Below, in pieces: positions 40,559 through 52,424 of a DNA stretch of 64,000 nucleotides. The position numbers and the translations under genes were made by a program. Under the pieces are notes generated by a model, which made no database searches, was not told the origin of the DNA, and saw nothing but the letters and a program-made list of their open reading frames with translations. The stretch is taken from contig JABVCE010000050.1 of the NCBI GenBank assembly GCA_014905635.1, forward strand, positions 1 to 64,000. Direction: 5' to 3'. The DNA comes from Scenedesmus sp. PABB004. Taxonomy: Eukaryota. How positions within the stretch are numbered: the first letter of the stretch is position 1; each line of letters begins with the position of its first letter.

Positions 40559-42871
40559 TCACACGAACACCGGCGCTCGCCCTGCCGTCGCCGCGCGGCC
40601 GCCGGCTGGCAGCCGCAGTGTCGCACTGCGCGCCCCGGCGGCGGGGCCGTCCGACACACCGCTGGTACGCGGGCGCACGGGCTGGCTAGGCCCCTGCTGC
40701 GGCGCCGGCGCAGCACCGGCGCCCAGCCGGCTGCCGCCAGGCGCGCCCGCCCGCAGCACCAGCTCCAGCGGCTCGGCGGCCAGGCCGCCCGACTGCTCAC
40801 GCCACAAGGCCGCCTCGCGGCTGCCGCGGCCAGCGCTCGCGCGGCGCGCCGCCGGGCCCGCGGTGACCGGCCTGACCGCGTCGAAGCGCGGCAGGCCCCC
40901 CTGCGCTGTGGCGCCGCGTGGCGGGCTCGGGCCGCGGTCGCCCAGCTCGCGCTCGCACACCAGGCACCTGCGCCGCCGGGCGGCAGGAGTGAGCGGCGCG
41001 TGGCCGAGCTCAGCGCACGCTCGGTTGGCGCGGCTGGGGGGGCGCAGCCCTCACCGTGTCGTTCTTGCAGCGCTGGCGTCCTGCGCTCCCCCGTGGGTGC
41101 CGAGCGCCTCCAGCGCCGCCGCGACCGCGCGCGCAGCGACCTCGTGCATCATGCCAGCATCGCACGCGCGCGACGCATATCTTGACGCCCCCGCCTCGGT
41201 CGCTGCCACCGCCGCGTCTGCTGCGGCCAGCCGCGCTGCCAGCTGGCCCACCTGCTGGCGCAGCTGCGCCAGCTGCCCCGCGAGCAGCCTGTCGGCGTCG
41301 CTCACGGCCGAGCCAGCGCCAGCGCCCGCGGCGCGGCCCAGGCGCGCTGCGAGGTCCGCCACGCCCGCTGCCAGACCGGGCAGCTCCTTGGTCTGACAGG
41401 CGTTTTGGGGCGGGCGGAGACGGGCGGCGCTCAAGCGCCGAACGCTTGGCACGGCGGCGGCGCCGCGGCGCGCGCACGGGCAGCAGCGGCGGCGGCCAAC
41501 CTTGAACGCGTGCAGCTGCTCCTTTGCGGCCGCAGCCTGCGCAGCTGCTGCGGCCACCTTGGCCGCGAGCTCGCTGAAGTCCGCCAGGCTGGGCTGCGCT
41601 GCCACGTGCGCCGCGTCCCGCCGCAGCTGCGCCAGCTGCGCGTGCAGGCTGCTGCTGTCGGCCTGAACCCTGTCCTGCAGGCTGGCGACCAGCTGCAGCA
41701 CCGAGTCGCGTGACGCGTCGGTGCCCGCCGACAGCGCCGACACCTGTGCGCGCGGCCGCGGCGCTGACCTGATCAGATCGGGCGGAGCCAGCGGGCGGGG
41801 CTGCCCTGCCGCTCCCCCTGGCGCACGCCTCACCTGCTGCTTGAGCTCGCCAACCTGCTTCTGCGTCTCCTCCGCCGCCGTGCTGATGGCATCCAGCTGC
41901 GCCTGGAGCGCCTGCTGTCGCGAACGGGTCAGCACCCCAACCGCTGTCGCCCCTGCCTGGCCAGACGGTGTGTGGCCGCTGCCGGGACAGCCACCGATGA
42001 GGCTCTCGCTACCAGCGAAGCTGGCCAGAAGCTGCGGCTGCGGCTGCGGCTGCGGCTGCTGCGGCTGCTGCGGCTGCGGCTGCGGCTGCGGCTGCGGCTG
42101 CTGCGGCTGCTGCGGCTGCTGCGGCTGCTGCGGCTGCTGCGGCTGCTGCGGCTGCTGCGGCTGCTGCGGCTGCTGCGGCTGCTGCGGCTGCTGCGGCTGC
42201 TGCGGCTGCTGCGGCTGCTGCGGCTGCTGCAGCATCAGCGGGGGCTCAGCAGCCCTCGCCGTGCCAGGCCAGCCGCCTGGCAGCTGCGGCACGTCGATGC
42301 CCAGCTCTGCAGCAACGGCGTCCATGGCCAGGAGGCGCCCAGCGAGGTTGTGGACGCCGGCGAGGCGGCCCTCGAGGCCCGCCACGCGCGGCGCGAGCTG
42401 CCCGGACGCGGCAAACCTGAGCGACGCGGAGGCCTCCTCCAGCTGCCCCGCGCGCGCCTCCACCGCCGCCAGCCGCGTCAGCACCTCCTGCTGAGAGAAG
42501 GGCGAGAGCGGTGCGCCGGCCGCCGCCGACAGCCGGTCCTCGAGCAGTCGCAGCCGGTCGACGAGGCCGTGGCTGTCCGAGTGCGCGCGCTCCATCGCCG
42601 CCACCCTGGCCTGCGTGCGCGCCGCCGCGGCCGCCTGCGCCTGCATACGCTTCACCAGAAACTCCAGCGTCGCTTGCAGGGGCGACTGGATGAACAGCGG
42701 CTGTTGTGTGGCGCGCCGGCGCGGCACGACGCCGTCAGCAGCAGCCACGCGCCCCGGACCGGCGCGCGCGGTGCGTGCGGACACGGGCCGCCGCACCTGG
42801 CGGATGGAGCTCAGCAGGTGCGCGTGATCAGCCTCTGCGTCTGCGCTCATCGCGTCGTCAGCGGCTGCCAT
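40559..42871 (-). CDS. Coiled-coil protein with QQP repeat and C-terminal RCLVCER motif (DUF4795-like?)
   Basis: Exons from MAAADDAMSAD..., heptad-rich segments, then spliced TTR|CLVCERELG. Confidence 0.6.
42031..42230 (-). repeat. Coding 9-bp/6-bp repeat encoding about (QQP)15 followed by (QP)n
   Basis: GGCTGCTGC tandem units on the + strand. Confidence 0.92.
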
Positions 42872-43150
42872 CTTGAGCGCGCGCGGCGCCGCTGCTGTCG
42901 GCCCTGCGCAGCCCGCTGCGGCTGCCGCGCGGACAAGCCGCGCGCGCGTGGCGAGAGGGAACGAACAGATGCGCGAGGCGCCCTGGGGTGGAGCGAGCAG
43001 CGTCGCTCGATGACGTTTGCGCCCCGGCATTGACCGCGCGGCTCCCGCTCGCCCGCCGTGGCATAAACGGCCCGCTGGGCTGCAATGGACTGCATCACCG
43101 CGCACGCGAGCGCTCAGTGGGTCAGCAGCAGCCGCGACAGCAGTGGCGCG

Positions 43151-44987
43151 ATGCCGCGCTCCGCGGTCCGCGTGGTGCTGCGCACGCGGCCCTGCGACCC
43201 GGCGGCGACCGCCGCGGCGGAGCAGGGCCTGGGGCAGCTGCATATCGCCGGCGACACCAAGGCACACACGCGGCCGCCGGGGCGACGGAGGGCGGCGCAC
43301 CCGCACGCATGCGGCGGCTGGTCGACGGCCTGGCCGCCGCTGCTCCGCGTCTGCTGCACCGCAGACGGTGACCGTCGTGAAGGGCGGCCGAGCTGGGCTG
43401 CCGGGCGACAAGGCGGGCGCGCCGTCGCAGCACCAGGCGCGACCGGGGCGCGTGCGCCGCTGCACGCTGGCGAGGGGCCCGGGCCCGCCGGGCTGCCGAC
43501 GCGTGCGCGCTGCGCTGTGCGCGCAGTTCAAGTTTGATGGCATCCTGCACGGCGCGCCCCAGGAGGACGTGTACCAGGCGCGCGCACGTGCGCGAGTACT
43601 GCGTGCACGCCGAATCCCGCCGCGCCCGCCGCGCCTGCCACGCCACGCGCGCCGCGCGCCGCGCACCGCCGCGCCCCGCGCCCTGCGCGCCGCGCGCTGG
43701 GCACCGCCGCGTCACGCGCCCTGCGCGCAGATGTGCGCGGCCGACGTCGTGGCGGGCGCGCTCGAGGGCATCAGCGGCGCGGTGCTCTGCTACGGCCAGA
43801 CGGGGGCGGGCAAGACGTACACCATGACCGGCGACCGCGCGTGCTTTGCGGGGCGCGGCCTCGTGCCGCGCGCGATCGCGGGCCTGCTGTCGGGCCTGCG
43901 CGCCGCGCCGGGCGTGGCGGCGTGGCGGCTGAGCCTGAGCTACCTGGAGATCTACAACGACGCCCTGTACGACCTGCTCGACCTCGCCGCCGACCCGCAC
44001 GACCTGGCCCTCTACGAGGACGGCGCCGGCCGCGTCGCGGTCGCGGGCCTGCGCCGCGTGCCCGTCACGAGCGAGGCCGAGGCGCTGGCGCTCTTCTTCG
44101 AGGTGCGCCGGGGCGGCGCGGCACGCGGCAGCTGTGGCGCGCACGCCGTGGCACGGCGCGCGTGCGCGGCGGGGTGCAGCAGCCCACGCGCCCGCGCGCG
44201 CATACACACGCGATGCAGGGCGAGTCCAACCGCGTGATCGGGCAGCACCAGCTCAACCGCGAGAGCAGCCGCAGCCACAGCGTGTTCATGATGGCGCTGG
44301 AGCTGGAGCGCGCGGGCGGCCAGGGCGTGATGCTGGTGCGAGGCGGCGGCCAGCGGCGCACGCGCGCGCGGCGGCGGCAGCCCGCCGGCAGCCAGCCCGG
44401 CCGGACGGCGCACGGGTCCAAGCTCCCCGGCGCTCCGCGACGCGCGCCCCGCGGCGCAGGAGTCCAAGCTCGCGCTGGTGGACCTGGCGGGCAGCGAGCG
44501 CGTGGCCAAGACGCGCAGCGAGGGCGCGGTGCTGCGCGAGGCGGGCGCGATCAACCGCTCGCTCACGCTGCTGGAGCAGGTGGTCGTGGCGGCGGGCGAG
44601 GGGCGCGAGCACGTGCCCTACCGCTCCAGCAAGCTCACGCACGTGCTCAAGGACGCGCTCGGCGGCAGCGCCGCGGCGGTCCTGGTGGCCAACGTCTGGG
44701 CCGACCCCGCGCAGCTGGCCGAGACGCTGGGCACCTGCCGCTTCGCGGCGCGCATGGCGCGGCTGGTGTGCGAGGTCACCCGCAACGTCGTCCCGCGCGG
44801 CGGCGGCGCGCGGGTGGGTGCGCTGGAGCGGTGAGCGGGGCGCTGGCTGGGCCGGGCCGGGCCAGGCTGGCTGCTGGAGCCGCAGCGCGCGCCGGCCACG
44901 CACGGCACCGCACCGCCTCCTGGCGCCGCCGCAGGGAGGTGGAGGAGCTCAAGGAGGAGCTCGCACTGGTGGAGACGATGGCCAGCT

Positions 44988-45025
<38 letters not shown>

Positions 45026-46474
45026 GAGAGGGACCGGCGAGAGCTAGGCGGCGGCAGCAGCGGCGGCTGCCACGAGCCGTTCACCGACGCGCAGCGGCAG
45101 CGCACGCACGAGGCGGTGTGCGCGTGGCTGCAGCAGGACGACGACGGCGGCGGCTCGCTGGCGGCGCTGCCGCTGGCCAACGCGCGGCAGCTGCGGGAGC
45201 TGCTGCTGGCCTGCAAGGTGGGCACGGGGGAGGGCCTGGGTGGCCCTCTCAGTGCGGCGTGCGACGTGCGCGCAAGCAAAACCAAAAACCAAGACGCGTC
45301 GCCGCCCGCCCCGCGCGCGCCGCAGGCGGTCGTGCGGGAGGTGCAGGCAGGGCAGCAGGCGTGTGGCGGGAGCAGCTGCGCAGCTGCCCCCGGCCCGCTG
45401 CGCGTGCGGGAGCCTCCTGCTGAGCAGCTGCCGGCGGCGGTGTGCGACGACGACGGCTGCGTGGGCGACGGCGCCGACCACGCTGGCGCCATGCCCGCCG
45501 CGCCGGACGACGCGCGGCCAGGCAGCAGCGGCGCGCCGGGTGACCCGGCGGCGGAGGGCAGCGGCGGCAGCGCGGAGGAGGCAGGGCCCGGCCCGGGCTC
45601 GCAGCGCGCTCCCGCAGCCGCGGCGCAGCAGTGGCAGCTCGGCAGCAGCTCCTGCGCCAGCAGCCGGCAGGGCACGCCGGCCGGCGGCGAGCGCGCGGCG
45701 CTGGAGGCGTACCGCGCGGGCCCCGGCGCGGCGCACGCGGCGCTGCTGAACGACAACGCGACGCGGCTGCGCGCCGCCAAGCGCCGCGCGCGCGAGCTCG
45801 GCGCCGCCTGCAACGCGCTGGTCGCAGAGCTCGAGGCGGCGCGGCGGCGGCAGGAGGAGCTCCGCGCCGCGCGCCTAGCGGACGGCGCCGAGGCGCTGGG
45901 CGAGGAGGAGCTCGCGCTCGTGGTGGGCATGCGGGACACCAAGGCGCGCTACAGGTGCGGCGGCGCGCGGGGCTGCTGCGCTTTAGGCACGGTGGCGCGC
46001 GGGGCTGCGCGGCCGCAGCGCAGCGCACGCCGCGGCCCACACCCCCGCCGCCGCCCGCCCGCCAGGGACGCGCACGCGGAGCTGGCGCTGGCACGCGACG
46101 AGGTCCAGTACACGCGGCGCCTCATGGAGGCCTGCGGCGCGGAGCTGGCGGCCGGCTTCGAGGCCTGGGCGGCCGACGCGCGGCGCAGCGCGCTCGCGGG
46201 CGAGGCCGGCCTCGGCGGCGACGCCCGGCCCGCCTCGGGCACGCCGCCACTCGCCTCCAGCACCAGCACGGCGCCGACGGCACGCCGCGCGGGCTCGCTG
46301 CGTGCTGGCACGCCGCCGCTCGCCAGCCTGCTCGGACCGCTGGCGCCGGCGGGCGAGGCCGGGTGTGAGCCCGCCGAGGCGGCGTACCTGGCGGCGGCGC
46401 GCCCCGGGCGCCACGGCGGGGCCTCCAAGCTGCAGCAGCAGCAGCGGGGCACGTTCGGCGGCGCGCCTCGCTGA
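43151..46474 (+). CDS. KIF9: Kinesin-9 family motor (KIF9/KLP1-like)
   Basis: VRVVLRTRP, FKFDG, YGQTGAGKTYTM, YLEIYN, NRESSRSH, LVDLAGSER, HVPYRSSKLTHVLKDALGG, AQLAETLGTCRFAARM, plus a coiled-coil tail. Alternative start at 43085. Confidence 0.85.
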
Positions 46475-46722
46475 GCGCGCGGTGGGTCGGCGGCGCGTGT
46501 GCCGCCGCTGCGACCTGAACCACGCCCGAGGCCTTGCGCTCGCGCCTCCCACGACCCGCCAGCACACCCCGGCCGCCAGGGCAAGATCAGGCGCGCGCTG
46601 CCGTCCATCCCGCGTCCAGCAGTTTGCAGCGACAGCACGTTTGCCCGCTCCGCGTGCCCGCCGCGCCCTGCCTGCTCGTTGCTCGTTGACGGCTGTAGAG
46701 TCCCTCACACCCTGCAGATTCG

Positions 46723-47514
46723 ATGGCGCTGAGTGCCAAGGCTGCTGTGCGGGTGAGCCCGGGCCCGCATCTCGGCAGCTCGGCCGGGAGCTTGCACTGC
46801 CCGGGCGGGGCGCCCATTGTGCCGGGCGCGTTGACGGGCGTCGTGATAAGAACGCAGCACACGACTTCGCCGCCTCAGCAACGTCTGGCGCCCGTGCGCC
46901 GCCGCGCTCGGCCGCTGCTCCACCCGCCGCGCCGCCGCGCCGCCGCATCGCTGCTCACCCGCTGCTCCGCCCACCGCCGCTGCTGCTCTCCTGTCGCGCC
47001 ACCGCTGCCGCAGGCGGCCGGCCGCCCCGGCAGGGGGCGCGCCGCGGCGCCCGCGCCGGCGCGGCGTGCGCGGCCGGGGCGCGCTGTGTCGGCCCGCGGG
47101 TTCAACGGGCCCGACTTTGCGCCCGACGCGTTCAAGCAGGCCCTGCAGGAGGCGCTGCAGCGCAGCGGCGGCGACGCCATGAGCGGCGGCGGCAGCGGCT
47201 ACTCCGGCGGCGGCGGCTACTCGGGCGGCGGCGGCGGCGGCGGCTACTCGAGCGGCGGCGGCAGCGGCGCGTACGAGCGGTCCCTGCAGACGGCGGCGGC
47301 AGCGAACGCCGACCCCATGCTGCAGGTCGTCGCGACCGCGCTGGCACAGAGCCGCGCCACGCTGGAGCGCCTGCAGGCGGAGGAGGCGGAGATTGAGCAG
47401 CTCGTGCAGCGCGAGCGCAAGCAGGTGGAGCGCCTGCAGTGGCTGATGGAGAAGGTGCAGCAGGACTACGCCTACTTCAGGCAGCTGCAGAAGCGCTTCG
47501 AGGAGGGCGGCTAG
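46723..47514 (+). CDS. Small probable plastid protein with GGGGYS repeats and C-terminal coiled coil (intron 46753-47013)
   Basis: MALSAKAAVR|AAGRPG...ARGFNGPDF...SGGGSGYSGGGGYSG...LERLQAEEAEIEQLVQRE...*. Confidence 0.65.
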   Translation: MALSAKAAVRVSPGPHLGSSAGSLHCPGGAPIVPGALTGVVIRTQHTTSPPQQRLAPVRRRARPLLHPPRRRAAASLLTRCSAHRRCCSPVAPPLPQAAGRPGRGRAAAPAPARRARPGRAVSARGFNGPDFAPDAFKQALQEALQRSGGDAMSGGGSGYSGGGGYSGGGGGGGYSSGGGSGAYERSLQTAAAANADPMLQVVATALAQSRATLERLQAEEAEIEQLVQRERKQVERLQWLMEKVQQDYAYFRQLQKRFEEGG

Positions 47515-47881
47515 GGGGCTAGGGCCTCCAAGCAGGGGGCGGCCGCTCTGTGTCTGCGTGGTGTTCATGGTGGCGCGCTGCCGCGCGCCTGCGCGGCAGC
47601 GGAGCGCGCGGTTGAATCAAGCGGCGATGCTCTGCCGCAGCGTGTTTTCAATCAACGGCGCCGCGGCGCCGCCGCGTGCGGCCCCAGCGAGGTTTTGACC
47701 GTGTTTGAAGCGCGAGGCCGCGCAGCGTCTGCTGCACGCGTCAGTTTTGTCGAGGGTGGTGGTGAGCGGGGTGTAGGTAACGCAAACGCGACGGCCTTAC
47801 CCGCCAGCCAGGTCCCAACCGCAACCTCTCGCCAGTGCCCGCTGCAGCCCCGCGCCCCCGCAGCGTGCGCTGTGACACGCG

Positions 47882-50800
47882 TCACAGCGAGAAGGCGGCC
47901 TCCATGGAGGCCAGCGTGGGCGCGGCAGACAGCGGCAGCTCGCCGCTCGCCGCGCCCTCGGCCTGCAGCTGCCGCCGCAGCGCGGCCAGCAGCGCGTTGT
48001 CGCTGGGCGTGCTGGCGCCACCGCCGAAGCTCGGACCCGGCGCCGTGGCGCTGGAGAAGCTCCAGCCCGCCCCCGAGGCCGCGGCAAACGGGCCCAGCGG
48101 GTCCAGCGGGCCGCCGCCCGCGCCGGCGCTGGCGACCGGCTGCGGCGGCTGCCCCGCCGCGTCAGGCCCGGCCGGTGCCAGGCTCGGCGCCGCCAGTGGC
48201 GCCTGCCCGTCAACGCCTGCGAGCTGCAGGCGCGGCCCGCGCTGCCCCTGCCCCTGCACCTCCCCCTGCTGCTCGCTGCCCGGCGCCTGCGCAGGGGCGC
48301 CGCCGCCGGGCAGCGGCAGTGAGTTGATTCGCCACGCCTGCGGGCCCCCGCTCTCGCTGCTGGTCGGCTGCGCGGCCTGCTGCCCGTGCTGCTGGTGGTG
48401 CAGCACGTGCGTGGGGTGGTGCTGCAGCCGCCGCGCGTGCGGCGGCGCGTGCGCCATGTCCAGCGTGGCCACCGGGGGCGGGCCGAGGCAGCACCAGTGC
48501 CTGCGCGGCGGCGGCGACGCGGCGACGCGGCGCGGCGACCGCGGCTCAGCCACGGCAGCTGCGCGCAGGCCGCGGCGCGCAGGCCGCGGCGCGCAGGCTG
48601 CGGCGAGCAGGCGCGCCCCGCCTCACCGTGCCTGCACCGCCTGCGCCTCGGCGATCGCCGCCAGGCCCGCCCGACTGGGCGTGAGCGGTGCCGGCAGGCG
48701 CGCCGGCGCGCGCCCCGTCACGAGCACGCGCACGCACGCCTCGGTCGCGGCCGCCGTCATCGCGAGGTTGTAGCCCCCCTCGAGGAGCAACACCAGGGGC
48801 GCGAGCGGCGCGAGCAGCGCGGTCATGTGGCCGAAGCAGGCGGGCGAGACGTGGCAGCCGCCGAGCGGGTCGCCGGCGGCGGCGTCAAAGCCGGCCGACA
48901 GGATGGTCAGGTCGGGCGCAAACTCGTACGCGATGGGCAGCACGCTGCGTGGGGTGGTGGTGCACGGCGCGCGCAGGGCCGGGCTCGGCGCGCGGGCCGG
49001 CGTGCTGCCGCGCCTCGGCGCCGCCGCCCCCCACGCCCTCCCCACCCCCTGGCTGGCTCACAGGCGCGTGAAGGCGGCCAGGTAGTCGCCGTCGCCGCAG
49101 CCTGGGCCCGGCCAGGCGACGTTCACGCAGCGCCCCACGCCGGCGCCGCTGCCGACCTCCGCCGGGTGGCCCGTGCCGGGAAAGAAGTTGCCGCCGTCGT
49201 AGCGGTGCAGGCTGACGTACAGCACGGTCGGGTCGGACTCAAAGATGGCCTGCACACGCCCGCGCGCGCGCGTGTGCGTGTGTGTGGGGTGGGGGGGGGG
49301 CAGCGGCGGCCCCCGTCGCGTGCGGCCCCCGGCGGGCCCCTGCGCGCCTGCGTCCCGTTGCCGTGGTGCACGTCCCAGTCCAGGATGAGCACGCGCGCCG
49401 CGCCCGCGGCCTGGCAGGCGAGGCAGAGGAGTGGGCGGTCGCGCAGGCCCTCGCCCGGCCGGCGGCGCCCCGGCGGCCCCGGCGGCCGCGGCGGCCGCGC
49501 ACCTGCCCTGCGCGTGCTGCGACCGCAGCATTGTTGAACAGGCAAAACCCCATGGCCAGGCCGCCCTCGGCGTGGTGCCCCGGCGGCCGGATGATCGCGG
49601 CGCCGCTGGGCGCCTCGCCGCGCGCGACGGCCGCCGCCACGTCCGCCGCGCCGCCCGCTGCGCGCGCCGCGCAGTCGTACGTCGCCGCGCCGAGGTAGCA
49701 GTCGAGGATGTGCGCCGCGCCCAGCTCGCTGCCGTGGCTCACGCCCGCGGCGGTGTCCTCGGCCGCGCCCGCCGCCGGAAGGTGCGCGCCCGCGCCGCGT
49801 GGCAGCGCGCTCGCGCCGGGCGCGCCCCGCGCGGGTCGCCTGCCGCGGCGGCGGCGAGCAGCGCAGCGGCAGCACCGCAGCATGGCACACCAGCGCCAGC
49901 CGCACCGCGCGGGCGCGGGCCGCGGAGCCCACGAGCGCAGCGCCACGCGCGCGCCGCACCCGCGAGGCCGCCGCCGAGCGCCGCCTGCGGCGCGTTCGCC
50001 TGCCCTGCTGCCGCCGCCGCCGCGGCGGCGGCCGCCGCCGCCGCCGCCGCGGCCTCCTGCTGCTGCTGCCTGCTCGCGGCGGCGACCTCTGTGATGAGCG
50101 ACTGCTCGTGCACCGCGGCCAGCTCCTCCACGCGCGCCGCGCGGCAGCCAATCTGCCGGCAACGGGCGGCGCGGGGGCGAGGTCAATGTGCGACCCGGGC
50201 GAGGCCAGCAGCACACGTGACAGCCGCGGGCCGCGCCGCGCGGCCGCCACGCCACGGCCAGCGACGCACCCGGCGGCACCGCGCGGCCAGGCCTGTGGCG
50301 ACGAGGCGCGCCATCACCGCGGCGGCGCGCTCGGGTCGCTCTGGGTGGCTGCTGTCAGCGGGGGGCGCGTGGCGCAGCAGCTCGTCGTCCCACGCCAGCA
50401 GCGGCGCACGTGGCGCGGCAGGTGGCGCCTCGCTGCTCAAGACGCAGGCCTGCGCGGGCGGCGGCGGCAGACTCGGCGGTGGCCACGGGTCGAGGGCCGG
50501 CGCTGCGCGGGCGCAGGCCCCCCGGCGCACAGCATGCGGCGCGGCGGCGGCACCCACCCAGGCAGCGCTGCCCGCGCTGGCCTCCAGGTGCGCGGGCAGG
50601 CGCCCCGCCATGAGCGCAGCGTCGTCAGCGCGCCGGTGCCCGCAGCTGCTGCACGCGCCGGACGCGCGGGCGCCGCGCCCCGACACGCCCTCCATGCCGT
50701 CGCCGCCGCCGGCGGCCTCGCTGGGCGCGCCGTGGTGCTGCTCGGCCAGCTCCTCGTCGTCTGAGAGGTCGAACAGAGGCGCGGTGCAGTTGAGGCACAC

Positions 50801-51790
50801 GTCGAGCGCCTCGGCGCTGCCGGTCAGGTGTGCGAGCAGCGCGCGCAGCGGGTCGCTGCCGTCGCTGTCGCCGTCGCCCATGTCCGCGTCGCCCCCCACG
50901 GCCGCTTTGCCGCCGGGGGCAGCGTCGCCGCCGCCGCCCGACGGCCCGCGCCCCGCGCCGTCAGGCGGCGCCTGCGCGCCCGGCGCGGGCTGCAGCGCCG
51001 GCGGCGCGCCCCAGCCGCCGGCGCCCGTGCTGCTGCCACGGCACTGTGGCGCCTCCGCCTCCTCCAGGGCCATGGCCGCGTCCTCCTCCTGCGCCCCGAG
51101 GGGCGCCCACGCCGGCGCACCCCCCGCCGCGGCAAAGCCGGCCATGGAGCGGCTGCACGACACGTCGCCGCCGCCGCCGCCGCGCGGCGCCGCCACGCCG
51201 GGCGAGCCGCCCGCGGCCGCGAGCGGCACCATGGCGCCGGCGTCGCTGCTGCGGCGCTGGGCGCTCGCCGCCGGCAGCAGCTCGCCGCCGCCGCAGCTGA
51301 AGGCGCCGCGCACGCTGCCCGCGCGCCGCAGGCCGTGCGCCGCCTCCGCGGCGGGCAGCCCCGCGGCCGCCAGCGGCGGCAGCAGGCCCGCGCCGGGGCC
51401 CAGGCCGAGGCCGAGCGGCGTCAGCGGGCCGCCCTCGTGCGCCGCCGCGAGGCTGCCCGCGGTCGTGGCCCGCCGCGGCTGCTGTGCTGGGCTCCGCGAC
51501 AGCAGCAGCTGCGCCGGCCCCTCGCTGGCGAGCGGCGGCGGCGCCTGCGGCGACGTCAGCAGCGGCAGCGGCGCCTCCAGGCTGCCGGCGCGGCCAAACG
51601 CCGCCAGGCCCGGCGCCGCCCAGGACATGCCCTCGCAGTCGGGCAACGACAGCTCGGCAGCGGCGGGGCGGATGCTGACTGGCGCGCTGCCCACAGGCAG
51701 CGGTGCAAAGGCCGGCTGGCGCGCGGGGCTGGCGAGTGGGCCCGCGCCGGGGCTCGCCAGCACGAAGCCCTCATCCGCGCTCGGCTGCAT
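47882..51790 (-). CDS. Class II histone deacetylase (HDA15/HDA5-like); 5' end tentative
   Basis: [65 protein letters not shown]. Confidence 0.92.
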
Positions 51791-52424
51791 GGCGCCTGCG
51801 GGCGGCGCGCGGGCGCAGCGTGGGGCACAGCAGCAGCGCCCGGGCGGCCGGCGGCGGCGCCGGTGCAGCCGTCAGAACGGCGCTGAAGCAGAGCGACGAA
51901 GCAGGAGGCGCCCGCCGCAGCCGCTCCTTCCCTGCCGGCGCCGCCGCTGCCGCTGCTGCCGCCGCCGCTGCTGCCGCCGCTGCTGCCGCCGCTGCTGCTG
52001 CTGCTGCTGCTGCTGCAGCGCGCACCGCTGTCGCCGTCGCGCCGGCGCGCGTCGGCTGCTCGTCTAGGAAGCCATCGAGTGGGGCCGCACGGGGCGGCCG
52101 GCGGCGCGGCGCCGGCGCGGCGCGGCGCGGCGCGGTCAGGCGGCGCCGCGCGCGGGGCTCTCGGCGCGCGCTGGCGCAGCCGCGCTGGGATAGCTTGTCC
52201 ACGCTGCCGCCGACCGGCGCGCCGCCGCGGAGCAAGTCCAGCGCGCGGCGCGGCGAGCGGCAGCGCGCGCTTTTGCTTGTACCGCGGCCTGCTGAGTCCT
52301 CGCGGCTCGCCTGGCCGCCCACTCTCGCTCTCCTTGTCCCATTCACCGCGCATCCATCGGACACGCAGCAGGGCGCGCCGCAACCGCCGCAGGCAACCGC
52401 TGCCGCCGCTGCTGCCAGCCTCTC

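Noticed and set aside
51930..52020. (GCT/GCC)n tract as a separate gene
   Set aside because: No supported start codon or splice path; it may be HDAC 5' UTR or an unmodelled first exon.
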